DNA of 64,000 nucleotides, taken from positions 21,124-85,123 of the forward strand of contig BEHD01000009.1 in NCBI GenBank assembly GCA_002898355.1, in the 5' to 3' direction. A program made the translations under genes and the position numbers. The DNA comes from an archaeon HR01 (GTDB lineage: Archaea; Thermoproteota; Nitrososphaeria_A; Caldarchaeales; Caldarchaeaceae). The stretch's first letter is position 1. Every line of letters starts with the position of its first letter. Positions 17,892-27,311 of the stretch are shown piece after piece. The notes below the pieces were generated by a model. It saw only the letters and a program-made list of their open reading frames with translations. It was not told the origin of the DNA and searched no databases.

Positions 17892-19268
17892 GTGAACAAG
17901 ATTGCCAACTATGCGGTGATCCTGGCCGGCGTCACAGCACTAGCTTACTTGCTAGGTCTAGAGCCGAGACAGGCAGCCTCCCTCATAATATTGGGCGGCA
18001 TGATAGGCGCCACCCTACTATTCTGGCGGTTCAGACTCGTATTCGCATTCTTCGCCCTCGCCTTCATGCTGGGGATAGACCTTTTGGAGATAGACCTGCT
18101 CATAGAGTTCGCCCACCTCGACACGATAATGTTCCTAGCCTCCATGATGGTTATTGTCGGCTACCTCGAGGACGCAAGGTTCTTCGAGGTTTTGATGGAT
18201 AGGCTGCTGGGGATGGTGGGGAACAGGCCGGTGGCGTTGGTGATATTCTTTATGGCTATGTCGGCATTTCTCGCAGCCCTCGTCGACGAGGTGACATCCA
18301 TACTGATAATGACGGCCATACTCCTCGACTTTACATCCCGCTACAACCTCAACCCCATCCCCTTCATCATACTATCCATCTTCGCAACCAACATAGGAAG
18401 CTCAGCCACAGTAGTGGGTAACCCCGTAGGTGTCCTGATAGCCTTCCAAGCCGGACTCGGATTCGCCGACTTCCTCCGCTGGGCCACACCCATATCCATA
18501 TCAGCCCTCCTCCTCAGCATACCCATCACCCTCTACATATTCAGAGCAGACATAAAGCAGCTGGCTAACGCCATGCGGCAGCAGGCCGCAACAGTCGCCC
18601 CAACCCGTACACAGGATAATGGCCAGCCATCCATATTACTGCCCTCAATAATCTTCCTAGCCACGATAGCCGGCCTAATACTCCATACACCGATAGAGCA
18701 GGCCTTCGGACTTGGAAAGAACTCCATGCTACTCGGCGTACCCTTCTTCTTCGCAGCGGTCGTCCTTTTCATCGAGAGGGAGAGGGCTAGAGAACTTGTC
18801 GAGAGAAGAGTTGACTGGTGGACACTACTATTCTTCATGATATTCTTCGCCAGCGTAGGCACCCTAAGCTACACAGGAGCCACTAGGGTATTCTCCCAGA
18901 TGATATACCAGCTCAGCGAAAACCCAATCATTCTCATGACCGTAGTAATGGTGATGGGCGGGATGATGTCGGCGTTTATGGATAATGTCCTAGCAGTAGC
19001 CACGTGGATACCAATCATACAAAACCTGGGCGAGCTGGGTGTCAACATCTCCCCCCTCTGGTGGACCACACTCTTCGCAGGAACATTCTGGGGCAACCTC
19101 ACCATCATTGGCAGCACAGCCAACATAGTGGCCGTCGGCCTTCTAGAGAGGAGGGAGCGCATCCACCTAACCCTTCGGCAGTGGATAGGCTTTGGAGCCG
19201 CAGTCACACTACCGACAGCAGCCCTAGCCCTCCTACTACTCTACCTCCAGCTCCCACTAATGGGCTAA
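17892..19268 (+). CDS. ArsB/NhaD-superfamily (CitMHS-like) anion permease
   Basis: ORF track 458 aa (GTG start), polytopic. Motifs NIGSSATVVGNPVG and GNLTIIGSTANIV are typical of the two hairpin repeats. Confidence 0.75.
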   Translation: MNKIANYAVILAGVTALAYLLGLEPRQAASLIILGGMIGATLLFWRFRLVFAFFALAFMLGIDLLEIDLLIEFAHLDTIMFLASMMVIVGYLEDARFFEVLMDRLLGMVGNRPVALVIFFMAMSAFLAALVDEVTSILIMTAILLDFTSRYNLNPIPFIILSIFATNIGSSATVVGNPVGVLIAFQAGLGFADFLRWATPISISALLLSIPITLYIFRADIKQLANAMRQQAATVAPTRTQDNGQPSILLPSIIFLATIAGLILHTPIEQAFGLGKNSMLLGVPFFFAAVVLFIERERARELVERRVDWWTLLFFMIFFASVGTLSYTGATRVFSQMIYQLSENPIILMTVVMVMGGMMSAFMDNVLAVATWIPIIQNLGELGVNISPLWWTTLFAGTFWGNLTIIGSTANIVAVGLLERRERIHLTLRQWIGFGAAVTLPTAALALLLLYLQLPLMG

Positions 19269-19540
19269 TCCCTGTGAACACCAGCCACGATAACCAGCTT
19301 ATTCTTCTTCAAAGTCACCCACACGGAGTAATCGTACTTGAGGAGGGTTGCTATAACATCATACCAAGGGAAAAAAGCGGGGTCATTCACCACTATCTCA
19401 AACCCGCCATACTCCGTGATGACCTCGCCATGCTTCCCCACCTGGAGCTCTAGGCATCTCCTAAGGTCCACCACAGGTGCGTCCGAAGAAGCCCCACCCT
19501 CTTTCTCAACCCTAACATTGTAGAAAAGTGGTTGATACAT
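19265..19540 (-). CDS. Hypothetical protein (91 aa)
   Basis: ORF track only. Divergent from pheA. No family recognised. Confidence 0.4.
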   Translation of the reverse strand: MYQPLFYNVRVEKEGGASSDAPVVDLRRCLELQVGKHGEVITEYGGFEIVVNDPAFFPWYDVIATLLKYDYSVWVTLKKNKLVIVAGVHRD

Positions 19541-19613
19541 TTCTGCGGGTTTATTGGCTGTTGCGAGGCTATTTAAGTCTGCTTTAAATATTCTCTAATA
19601 CCGTGTTTAAAGT

Positions 19614-20438
19614 ATGGTGGTTGTAGCCTTCCAGGGTGAGAGGGGGGCCTACAGCGAGGAGGCTATTCACACTTACTTCGGCTTGGATGTGGAGGCACTC
19701 CCCTGCAAGACTATACGGGAGGTCTTCAACAACACAGAGGCTGGGAGGACGGATTACGGCGTCGTCCCAGTTGAGAACTCCATCGAGGGGAGCGTGAGCG
19801 AGACATACGACATGCTCCTCACCTCCAGCGTAAGGGTTGTGGGCGAGATAGTGTTGAGGATAAGCCACTGCCTGATAGCCCACCACGACTCAGAGCTATC
19901 CGACATCAAGGTGGTTTACTCCCACCCACAGGCCCTAGCCCAGTGCAGGGGCTTCATAACCTCCCTGGGTGTGGATGTTTCGATAACCTATGACACGGCG
20001 GGTAGCGTACTCCTCATCAGGGATAGGGGGCTTAAGGATGCGGCGGCCATAGCCAGCGAGAAAGCCGCAAACCTCTACGGGATGAAGATTCTAGCCCGAG
20101 GCATCGAAGACTACGGCCACAACTACACCCGCTTCCTCGTGATATCGGCCCATGAGGCACCGTATTCAAACGAGAGCAAGACATCCATAATCTTCTCCAC
20201 AGCCCACATACCCGGAGCCCTATACAACGCGTTAGGCGTCTTCGCCAACAACGGTCTCAACCTCACAAAGATCGAGTCGAGGCCCACGAGGCAGAGGCCT
20301 TGGGAATACTACTTCTTCGTAGATTTCGAGGGGCATCAAGATGATGAGAGGTGTAGGAAGGCCCTCTCCGAGCTGACGTCTAAGGTTATCTTTCTTAAGG
20401 TTTTGGGCTCCTACCCAAAGGCCAAGATGGATTTCTAG
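19614..20438 (+). CDS. pheA: Prephenate dehydratase
   Basis: ORF track 274 aa. VAFQGERGAYSEEA, TRFLVI, and the ACT-domain signature ESRPTRQRPWEYYFFVDFEGH. Confidence 0.85.
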   Translation: MVVVAFQGERGAYSEEAIHTYFGLDVEALPCKTIREVFNNTEAGRTDYGVVPVENSIEGSVSETYDMLLTSSVRVVGEIVLRISHCLIAHHDSELSDIKVVYSHPQALAQCRGFITSLGVDVSITYDTAGSVLLIRDRGLKDAAAIASEKAANLYGMKILARGIEDYGHNYTRFLVISAHEAPYSNESKTSIIFSTAHIPGALYNALGVFANNGLNLTKIESRPTRQRPWEYYFFVDFEGHQDDERCRKALSELTSKVIFLKVLGSYPKAKMDF

Positions 20439-21310
20439 CTGATACGGTGGCCGGCCAGCTCCTCGAGAACCGTTATGAGGGCTTGGGTGCCCTCGAGGCC
20501 CCTACCTCTTTCATCCAGAACCTTCACCAGCTCGGCTACCAGCGACGTCCCCAGCAGCGGCAGCCCCATCCTCTCAGCCACACTCCTTAGAATCCTCAAG
20601 TCCTTCCGGAGATGCTGCACCTTGAAGCCAGGCCTGAAATCCCTCGCAACCATGCGGGGGCCTAGGTTGGATAGCTGCCATGAGCCAGCAGCACCCGAGC
20701 CCACCACCTCTATAACCTTCCCCAGATCAAGCCCCGCCTTGGAAGCGAGTAGGAGAGCCTCGCATGTGGCCAGCAGATTCACCGAGACCAGAACCTGGTT
20801 GCAGAGCTTGGTGAAGGCACCCATACCCGCTCCACCCATGTAGGATATTGTCCTCCCCATAGTCCTGAGAACTGGGAGAACCCTTTCGAAGACATCCCTC
20901 GAGCCTCCCACCATAATCGTCAAGGTGCCGGATTCTGCGGCCATGGTGCTGCCGGAGACGGGGGCGTCCAGCATCTCCACACCCCTCTCCGAGAGAAAGT
21001 CGTGAAGCTCCCTCACCGTGAAGGGTGAGATGGTGGACATATCCACCACCACAGAACCCTGCCCCAGGGCCTCCCCAAGGGAGAGGACTACCTGTCTAAC
21101 ATCAGGCTCGTCGGGGAGCATCGTAATCACCACATCCGATTTCTCAGCAACCTCCTTCAGGGAGGAGGCTGGATATGCGCCAAGCCGGGCCAGCTCCTCA
21201 ACAGGTCCTCGGCTCCTGTTAAAGACCGTCAACCCATACCCATGGGAGAGGACTCTCTTAGCCATGGGCTTACCCATCAACCCGAGGCCGACAAAACCAA
21301 CCCTATCCAT
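20435..21310 (-). CDS. NAD(P)-dependent 3-hydroxyisobutyrate/2-hydroxy-3-oxopropionate reductase family dehydrogenase
   Basis: ORF track 20435..21520. ATG 21310 gives MDRVGFVGLGLMGKPMA, the canonical Rossmann N-terminus. The upstream 70 codons look non-coding. Confidence 0.8.
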   Translation of the reverse strand: MDRVGFVGLGLMGKPMAKRVLSHGYGLTVFNRSRGPVEELARLGAYPASSLKEVAEKSDVVITMLPDEPDVRQVVLSLGEALGQGSVVVDMSTISPFTVRELHDFLSERGVEMLDAPVSGSTMAAESGTLTIMVGGSRDVFERVLPVLRTMGRTISYMGGAGMGAFTKLCNQVLVSVNLLATCEALLLASKAGLDLGKVIEVVGSGAAGSWQLSNLGPRMVARDFRPGFKVQHLRKDLRILRSVAERMGLPLLGTSLVAELVKVLDERGRGLEGTQALITVLEELAGHRIS

Positions 21311-21373
21311 AGAGGATACATCGGACGAGAAAGTTTTAAAGTATAACATGGCTATACGGTATACGAGGCAGGG

Positions 21374-22333
21374 TTGCTGTATACTGTTTTGGGGAAGACA
21401 GGGCTGAGGATTTCGAGGATAGCTCTGGGTACATGGCAGTTCGGCTCCCGCCAGTGGGGTTATGGGGTCAGCTACAGCAGGGCTGACTGCGTCGAAGCCT
21501 TGAGGGCTGCCGTAGAACATGGCGTCAACCTTGTGGATACGGCTGAGATTTACGGCTCCGGACTCTCCGAGGAGATAGTGGGCGAGGCCGTCAAGGGTCT
21601 TAGGGAGAGGGTTGTGATAGCCACCAAGGTGTCACCCCTCAATCTTACATATGATGGCGTTATCAAGGCGTGTGGTAGGAGCCTGAGAAGGCTGGGTGTC
21701 AAGACGATAGACCTGTATCAGATTCATCATCCCAATCCTCTGATACCTATTTCCGGGACTATGAAGGCTATGGAGAAGCTGGTGGAGATGGGTTGGATAT
21801 CCTACATAGGTGTCAGCAACTTCTCCCTTAAACGTCTCATAAAGGCACAGGAGGCCCTCAGGAGGGAGGAGATTGTCTCCAATCAGGTGAAGTATAATCT
21901 GCTGGAGAGGGATGTGGAGAGGGAGCTGCTGCCATATGCTGAGAGGGAGGGCTTAACCATTCTGGCCTACAGCCCGTTGGCCCAGGGCCTTCTAACCGGG
22001 AAATACACTCGGGAAAGGCAGCCCAGAGACCTGATAAGGAAGGTGAACCTCCTCTTCGCAAACATGGAGAGAGTGGAGCCTGTGCTAGCGAAACTGAGGG
22101 AGCTGGCTGGGAGGATGGGTGTGGAGCCTGGCCAGATAGCCCTCAGATGGCTTATCTCACGGGAGAATGTCTCAGCGATAGTTGGTGTGAAGAATGTGGG
22201 CCAGGCCCTATCGGCGGCGGCATCCTCTGATATAGACCTCTCGAGGGAGGACTATGAGGAGCTGGACAGGCTTTCACTCCAGGCGAGGATTAGCCGTAAC
22301 TATGCCAAGGTTCTGCTCCGCCTCCTAAGCTAA
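21374..22333 (+). CDS. Aldo/keto reductase
   Basis: ORF track 319 aa (TTG start). LGKTGLRISRIALGTW, DTAEIYG, IDLYQIHHP, GVSNF. Confidence 0.85.
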   Translation: MLYTVLGKTGLRISRIALGTWQFGSRQWGYGVSYSRADCVEALRAAVEHGVNLVDTAEIYGSGLSEEIVGEAVKGLRERVVIATKVSPLNLTYDGVIKACGRSLRRLGVKTIDLYQIHHPNPLIPISGTMKAMEKLVEMGWISYIGVSNFSLKRLIKAQEALRREEIVSNQVKYNLLERDVERELLPYAEREGLTILAYSPLAQGLLTGKYTRERQPRDLIRKVNLLFANMERVEPVLAKLRELAGRMGVEPGQIALRWLISRENVSAIVGVKNVGQALSAAASSDIDLSREDYEELDRLSLQARISRNYAKVLLRLLS

Positions 22334-22366
22334 AAAAGAAAAATACGGGGCCGGGCGTATATCCCT

Positions 22367-23176
22367 ATGCCTCCGCAGGGGCTGACACTCACAGACCTGG
22401 ACTATAAGTCGGTCGAGAAAGGTTTGGTCGCCTTCATCTCAGACTATGTGGAGAGGGCGGGCGCTGAAGGTGTTGTCGTGGGATTGAGCGGCGGCGTCGA
22501 CTCGTCAGTGGTCGCCACCCTCTGCGTGAAGGCGGTCTCTAGGGAGAGGGTTCTGGGCCTTATAATGCCGGCCGGCTTCACACCGGTGGAGGATGTGGAG
22601 GATGCCAGATGGCTGGCCTCATGGCTGCAAATCCGCCACAAGACAATACCGATAGACCCGATAGTCAGCGCCTACGCTTCCCAGCTGGGGGTTGATATCG
22701 AGAGCCCCGACGCAAGGATAGCCTACGCCAATCTGAGGGCGCGGATACGCATGTCCATCCTCTATTTCCACGCCAACCTACTCAACTATCTCGTGGCTGG
22801 GACAGGGGATAAGAGCGAGATATTAATCGGCTACTTCACCAAATATGGCGATGGCGGTGTGGATTTTCTTCCGGTTGCAGGACTGTATAAGACCCAGCTC
22901 CGCCAGCTTGCTAAAAGCCTTGGACTGCCCGACAGAATAGCGTTTAAACCCAGCAGCCCGCAGCTCTACCCCGGCCACAGGGCCGTGGATGAGATACCGG
23001 CGGACTACGACGTTCTGGACCCCATATTACACCATCTCTTCGATGAGGGGAGGCCCGTCGCAGAGACAGCCAGCCTTACCGGCCAGCCGATAGACCTCGT
23101 CAACGCCGTCTATCAACGCCATCTCAGGTCAAGCCATAAACGTAGTATGCCTCCCACCCCATCCCAGCACATATAA
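22367..23176 (+). CDS. nadE: NH3-dependent NAD+ synthetase
   Basis: ORF track 269 aa. PP-loop GLSGGVDSSVVA, GTGDKSE, YGDGG. Confidence 0.9.
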   Translation: MPPQGLTLTDLDYKSVEKGLVAFISDYVERAGAEGVVVGLSGGVDSSVVATLCVKAVSRERVLGLIMPAGFTPVEDVEDARWLASWLQIRHKTIPIDPIVSAYASQLGVDIESPDARIAYANLRARIRMSILYFHANLLNYLVAGTGDKSEILIGYFTKYGDGGVDFLPVAGLYKTQLRQLAKSLGLPDRIAFKPSSPQLYPGHRAVDEIPADYDVLDPILHHLFDEGRPVAETASLTGQPIDLVNAVYQRHLRSSHKRSMPPTPSQHI

Positions 23177-23198
23177 GCAAGCATATGAACGTGATACC

Positions 23199-23561
23199 AT
23201 GGCAGCAGGCTCCGAAGACTATCTGAAAAGGATGTCCGACGCCCTCAGGTCCGGCGCCAAGATGCTTTCCGAGATATGCCCAGTCTGCAGCAGCCCAATT
23301 TTCCAGATTGACAACGAGCTATGGTGTCTGCGATGTGAACGCCGGGTTGTGAAGGTGAAGGAGGAGGACGAGGCTATGGCTGCTTTCACACCCTATGTCC
23401 TGACGAGGCTGGAAGGCGTGATAGCGTCGAAGATTGATGAGCTCTCAGCGCTTCTCAGTAAGACCGCCGACCCTCAGGAGGTCCTTCACATCACACAAGC
23501 CATAGATGGGCTTCTCGAAACCCTTGCAAAAAGCCGAAAACTGGGTGGAGAGACAAGGTAA
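23199..23561 (+). CDS. UPF0148 / autoantigen-p27-like zinc-ribbon protein
   Basis: ORF track 120 aa. GAKMLSEICPVCSSPIFQIDNELWCLRCERRV matches PF06677-type archaeal proteins. Confidence 0.65.
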   Translation: MAAGSEDYLKRMSDALRSGAKMLSEICPVCSSPIFQIDNELWCLRCERRVVKVKEEDEAMAAFTPYVLTRLEGVIASKIDELSALLSKTADPQEVLHITQAIDGLLETLAKSRKLGGETR

Positions 23562-23887
23562 TAACCCTTCACCTCAGGAAAGTAAATCTCGAAGGCTGCA
23601 GAAGTGAAGGTAATACCATTAGAATATTTGAGGTATGGTTCTCATCATTATGGAATTTTACTTAGGTATGTATGTGTAACGGATGGGTGTTTCTTATTTA
23701 GGTTGGTGTGTGGGTAGTGCTCAATTATTGATTATTTCCTGTCTATATTAGTTATAAAATTGCTGTTAAATGATTAGAAGTTATCAAAAAGGGCCACGCC
23801 CATCTACATCTATAGGGTAATACTCATAATCCAAAGCGTCTACATAAGGCATGAAGCCCATCCTTCACCGACCTCCTTCTTTTTGCG

Positions 23888-23912
23888 GTTTCCACAGGAA
23901 ATGGAGGGGTGG
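23888..23912 (+). repeat. ORB-like origin recognition box 1
   Basis: GTTTCCACAGGAAATGGAGGGGTGG: a TCCA-N-GGAAA dyad plus a G-string, as in crenarchaeal/euryarchaeal ORB elements. Confidence 0.6.
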
Positions 23913-24018
23913 ATAAGCCGCCCCATATGTGAATGATATATCTCAAGCCTTTATAATAGTTGAAAGGGCTGAAAATCCCAGTAATTTACGCTATTCACAT
24001 ACTTTTCTTCACAGATTG

Positions 24019-24040
24019 CCAACATGGGAATGGGAGGTTT
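24019..24040 (+). repeat. Degenerate ORB-like box
   Basis: CCAACATGGGAATGGGAGGTTT: a partial match to box 1 in the same orientation. Confidence 0.3.
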
Positions 24041-24063
24041 TTTGTAGGTAGTGTGTGGGAGAG

Positions 24064-24088
24064 ACACCCCTCAATTTCCTATGGAGGA
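24064..24088 (-). repeat. ORB-like origin recognition box 2 (inverted)
   Basis: The reverse complement TCCTCCATAGGAAATTGAGGGGTGT matches box 1 at 19/25 positions, and 20/22 in the core TCCAYAGGAAATKGAGGGGTG. Confidence 0.6.
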
Positions 24089-24205
24089 TTAACCTGTGAA
24101 AAGCTTGGGAATAAAAAAATTTAGACCAAAAGCTGGCCATAAGATACAGAATATTGTACAAATCCTCTTTTATTAACTACATATCACTAAACCAACGGAG
24201 AATAC

Positions 24206-25480
24206 TTGAGCCGTCACAATATTCAGATAGAAAATAAAGAGGAGAATCTCTATCTGAAGCAGAGGGGTGTGCGGGACCCATTAGAGGATATTCTGAAAGG
24301 TGCATCCAAGTCCAATGTTGGCATCATACTCAGACCCGAGTTTCTAAGGGTGGATTACATCCCGAAGGAACTACCCCATAGGACGGGCCAGATACGCGCT
24401 CTGGGACGGGCCCTATCACCATGTCTGAGAGGGTTCAAGCCGTCAAACCTCTTCATCTACGGTAAGACCGGAACAGGTAAAACGGCTGTGACGAGATATG
24501 TTTTCGAGAGGTTTAGCAGCGAGTCTACGGAAAGTAGTAAGGCTGTGCGGTTTGCGTATGTAAACTGCCGTATAGCTGGTACGGAGTATAGGATTCTCTC
24601 TGATATGTGCTCTGCTATAGGTGTTTCTGTGCCTTTCACAGGCCTCTCGAAGGGTGAGGTTTTCAACAGGCTTTTGGAGGGTATGGGGAAGATTGGGTCA
24701 TCCCTTGTCGTCTGCCTAGATGAGGTGGACGTCCTAGTCAAGTCATATGGCGACGATCTCCTATATGAGCTGACTAGGGGTGTTCATGGTCCCCGATGGA
24801 TATCCATAGTGGGCATCTCCAACGACCTGATGTTCAAGGAAAGGCTTGACCCGAGGGTTCTCAGCAGCCTCAGCGAGGAAGAGCTGGTCTTCCCACCTTA
24901 CACCGCCTCAGAGCTCTCAGATATTCTGAGGGAGAGGGTGGAGCTTTCTATGAGGCCGGGCTCCGTTGGAGACGATGTCATAGGCTTATGCGCAGCGCTA
25001 GCAGCCGCAGAGCATGGTGATGCGAGACGTGCCCTAGATCTTTTACGGGTGGCGGCGGAATATGCGGATAGAGAGGGCTCGCCGAAGGTTATGGAACGGC
25101 ATGTACGGCAGGCACAGGTAGCTATCGAGCGGGGGAGGGTGGTGGATGTTCTAACCTCGCTCCCACTCCACAGCCGTCTGGTCGTTCTCTCAATACTCCA
25201 GTCCACCCTCTCAGGGGATGGCCAGGTCTCATCGGGAACCCTATATAGCAGGTACAGGGGTCTCTGTGGGAAGATTGGCCTAGAGCCGTTGACTGACAGG
25301 CGTGTAAGCACGCTGGTCTCTGAGCTGGATATGCTGGGTTTGATTAGCTGCGACTTGGTGAGCTATGGCAGGCATGGGAGAACTAGGAAGATACGCCTAA
25401 CAATAGACCCCGCCGAGGTGAAGATGATATTTGGGAGGGATGAACTGCTTTCAACCCTTTTGGACGAGTCCCCTTCTTAG
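24206..25480 (+). CDS. cdc6: Orc1/Cdc6 replication initiator
   Basis: ORF track 424 aa (TTG start). YIPKELPHRTGQI, Walker A YGKTGTGKT, Walker B VVCLDEVD, and a winged-helix C-terminus. Confidence 0.9.
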   Translation: MSRHNIQIENKEENLYLKQRGVRDPLEDILKGASKSNVGIILRPEFLRVDYIPKELPHRTGQIRALGRALSPCLRGFKPSNLFIYGKTGTGKTAVTRYVFERFSSESTESSKAVRFAYVNCRIAGTEYRILSDMCSAIGVSVPFTGLSKGEVFNRLLEGMGKIGSSLVVCLDEVDVLVKSYGDDLLYELTRGVHGPRWISIVGISNDLMFKERLDPRVLSSLSEEELVFPPYTASELSDILRERVELSMRPGSVGDDVIGLCAALAAAEHGDARRALDLLRVAAEYADREGSPKVMERHVRQAQVAIERGRVVDVLTSLPLHSRLVVLSILQSTLSGDGQVSSGTLYSRYRGLCGKIGLEPLTDRRVSTLVSELDMLGLISCDLVSYGRHGRTRKIRLTIDPAEVKMIFGRDELLSTLLDESPS

Positions 25481-26122
25481 TCTAACCGTCTCGGCGTGGG
25501 CTATCTTTAATGGCTCAGGATATCTCATCTTGAAGATATTCAGGATTTTGATGAGGTCGCCGTATCCAACGCCGTAGCCTTGGCTCACATAGAAGGTCTT
25601 AACCCCTGGCCCGCCTACTGCGAAACCGACCCTCTCCCCACGGTAGATAATCTCATCCAATCCCTGTAGATATTCACGCCTCTCCCCCACCAGCAGTTTC
25701 TTCGCAACACCCAGGGTAGGCCTCCCAAGCATGAAGCCGAGGAAGGTGGCCAGCCCACACATCCTGGGATGAGCCCTTCCATGACCATCCACCAGCAGGA
25801 GGTCCCAGCCAGACCCAAGACGCTGGACCGCAGCCATCATAGGTAGGACCTCTCTAAGCAAAAGATAGCTGGGAATATACGGGAACTCGGCCACCCCGGT
25901 CTCGTAGGCTTTCTCGGCGAGGTTTTCTCGAATACAGTCGTATATTACTGCTGCAGAGAAGTATGTCTCATCCCTGTAGGCCACATCAACCGCTGCGACA
26001 TTCTTGATATCCGCCAGAGATTCTCCGGGTGGGTATGCTATCCTCGCTACAGCTTCCTGCACCTTGGAGAGGAGCTTCAGAAACCCTTCAAGACTGTATG
26101 TTGATGACGAGTATCTCCTCAT
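25451..26122 (-). CDS. nfi: Endonuclease V
   Basis: ORF track 223 aa. AAVDVAY, FPYIPSYLLLRE, LLLVDGHGRAHPRMCGLATFLG, LGVAKK. Confidence 0.85.
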   Translation of the reverse strand: MRRYSSSTYSLEGFLKLLSKVQEAVARIAYPPGESLADIKNVAAVDVAYRDETYFSAAVIYDCIRENLAEKAYETGVAEFPYIPSYLLLREVLPMMAAVQRLGSGWDLLLVDGHGRAHPRMCGLATFLGFMLGRPTLGVAKKLLVGERREYLQGLDEIIYRGERVGFAVGGPGVKTFYVSQGYGVGYGDLIKILNIFKMRYPEPLKIAHAETVRLRRGLVQKG

Positions 26123-26579
26123 CTCCTACCTCAGCCACCGGAGTTATGGAGAGCCTCGGTGCGAGTCTTCTATTCTGGGAGATGACTACCTGTCTTGATG
26201 TTGTGCGGAGGGCCTCCTCTAGAATTTTTGGGGGGTTGCAGTGGTGAACTACCGTAAATGATAAGGTGTGGGTGAAGGCTGTGCTGCGGAACGGCAGCCT
26301 GTGGCCGTCAGCTTGGACGAGGTGGGGAGCACCCCTATGCCTTGCTTTCTCCAGTATGCCGGCCGAGATATCCACGCCCACGTACTCACCATCTAAACCG
26401 ATGTCCCTCAGAAAACTGTAGAGGAGGGCGGTGCCGCATCCAACATCCAGAATACGGCCCACACCCGACACCTCCACATAACAGACAGCGGCTCTATACT
26501 TCCGTATCTGCTCTCCACCGTAAAGCTCGTCGTAGGAAAGACTTAACAGGTCGTAGCCTAGAACACCCTTAGAGCCCAA
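26088..26579 (-). CDS. Class I SAM-dependent methyltransferase
   Basis: ORF track 163 aa. Motif I ILDVGCGTALL, then VGVDIS. Its 3' end overlaps the nfi start by 35 nt. Confidence 0.7.
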   Translation of the reverse strand: MGSKGVLGYDLLSLSYDELYGGEQIRKYRAAVCYVEVSGVGRILDVGCGTALLYSFLRDIGLDGEYVGVDISAGILEKARHRGAPHLVQADGHRLPFRSTAFTHTLSFTVVHHCNPPKILEEALRTTSRQVVISQNRRLAPRLSITPVAEVGDEEILVINIQS

Positions 26580-26596
26580 ACGCTCCAGCCCGGTAG

Positions 26597-27286
26597 GTGT
26601 ATCGGTTGAGGGAGGTTATATACACTGACCTTCACTGGTCCATCCTCAGAGGAATCAGAGCCAGGGCTCTAGACCTTATGGAGTATCTGATGGATGTAGG
26701 TTTTGAGAGCCTAGTCTACGGAAGCGTGGCTAGGGGTGATGTGAGTAAGACGAGCGACCTCGACATATTCATACCCTATCCAGTTCCATCCCAGCTCCTC
26801 GAATATTACATCATGAAGAAGACGCGTGTTTTTAAGCGGGTTCTCACGCAGGCCACACCATCCTACGCCGTGAAAGCCTACCTCTACATAAGCGATGTGG
26901 ACACCGTCTCATTCCCTATAACACCCCTCAGGGCCGGTGAGATGGATTTCTACAGGCTTGCGGCCAGCCTAAACCTGGAGGAGCTGAGACGGGACATACG
27001 TAAGCCAGGTATAAACAAGAAACTCATGCTTATCAAGCCGACACCCACAGGCCATCTGGAGATGCCGGTCACGATGCATCTGGAGGAGGCGGCCAGAATC
27101 CTAGATGTGCCACCCGAGACCCTCATGGCGAGGGTTAAGGTTCTGACGAGGCGGAGCGAGAAGGGCAGGACAGGACTCTACATCTCGATGGTGTTGGATG
27201 ACAACGTATCCTTCGAGGAAGCCCTCAAAAAGCTGGAGGCAGGCCGGCCGCCCCTGAGGAGGAGGCTGGCGGAGAGCGGTTTATGA
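26597..27286 (+). CDS. Nucleotidyltransferase (Pol-beta-like fold) domain protein
   Basis: ORF track 229 aa (GTG start). GSVARGDVSKTSDLDIF is the minimal NTase G-S..D-x-D motif. Confidence 0.6.
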   Translation: MYRLREVIYTDLHWSILRGIRARALDLMEYLMDVGFESLVYGSVARGDVSKTSDLDIFIPYPVPSQLLEYYIMKKTRVFKRVLTQATPSYAVKAYLYISDVDTVSFPITPLRAGEMDFYRLAASLNLEELRRDIRKPGINKKLMLIKPTPTGHLEMPVTMHLEEAARILDVPPETLMARVKVLTRRSEKGRTGLYISMVLDDNVSFEEALKKLEAGRPPLRRRLAESGL

Positions 27287-27311
27287 CATCCCACCACCTT
27301 GGCTGGCCGAG

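Larger units (their letters stand above)
23562..24205. other. Probable chromosomal replication origin (oriC) upstream of orc1/cdc6
   Basis: A 644-bp non-coding region, the longest and most AT-rich gap in the window. It contains an AT-rich stretch at about 23620-23800 and ORB-like boxes in inverted orientation (listed below), immediately 5' of orc1/cdc6. Confidence 0.6.
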
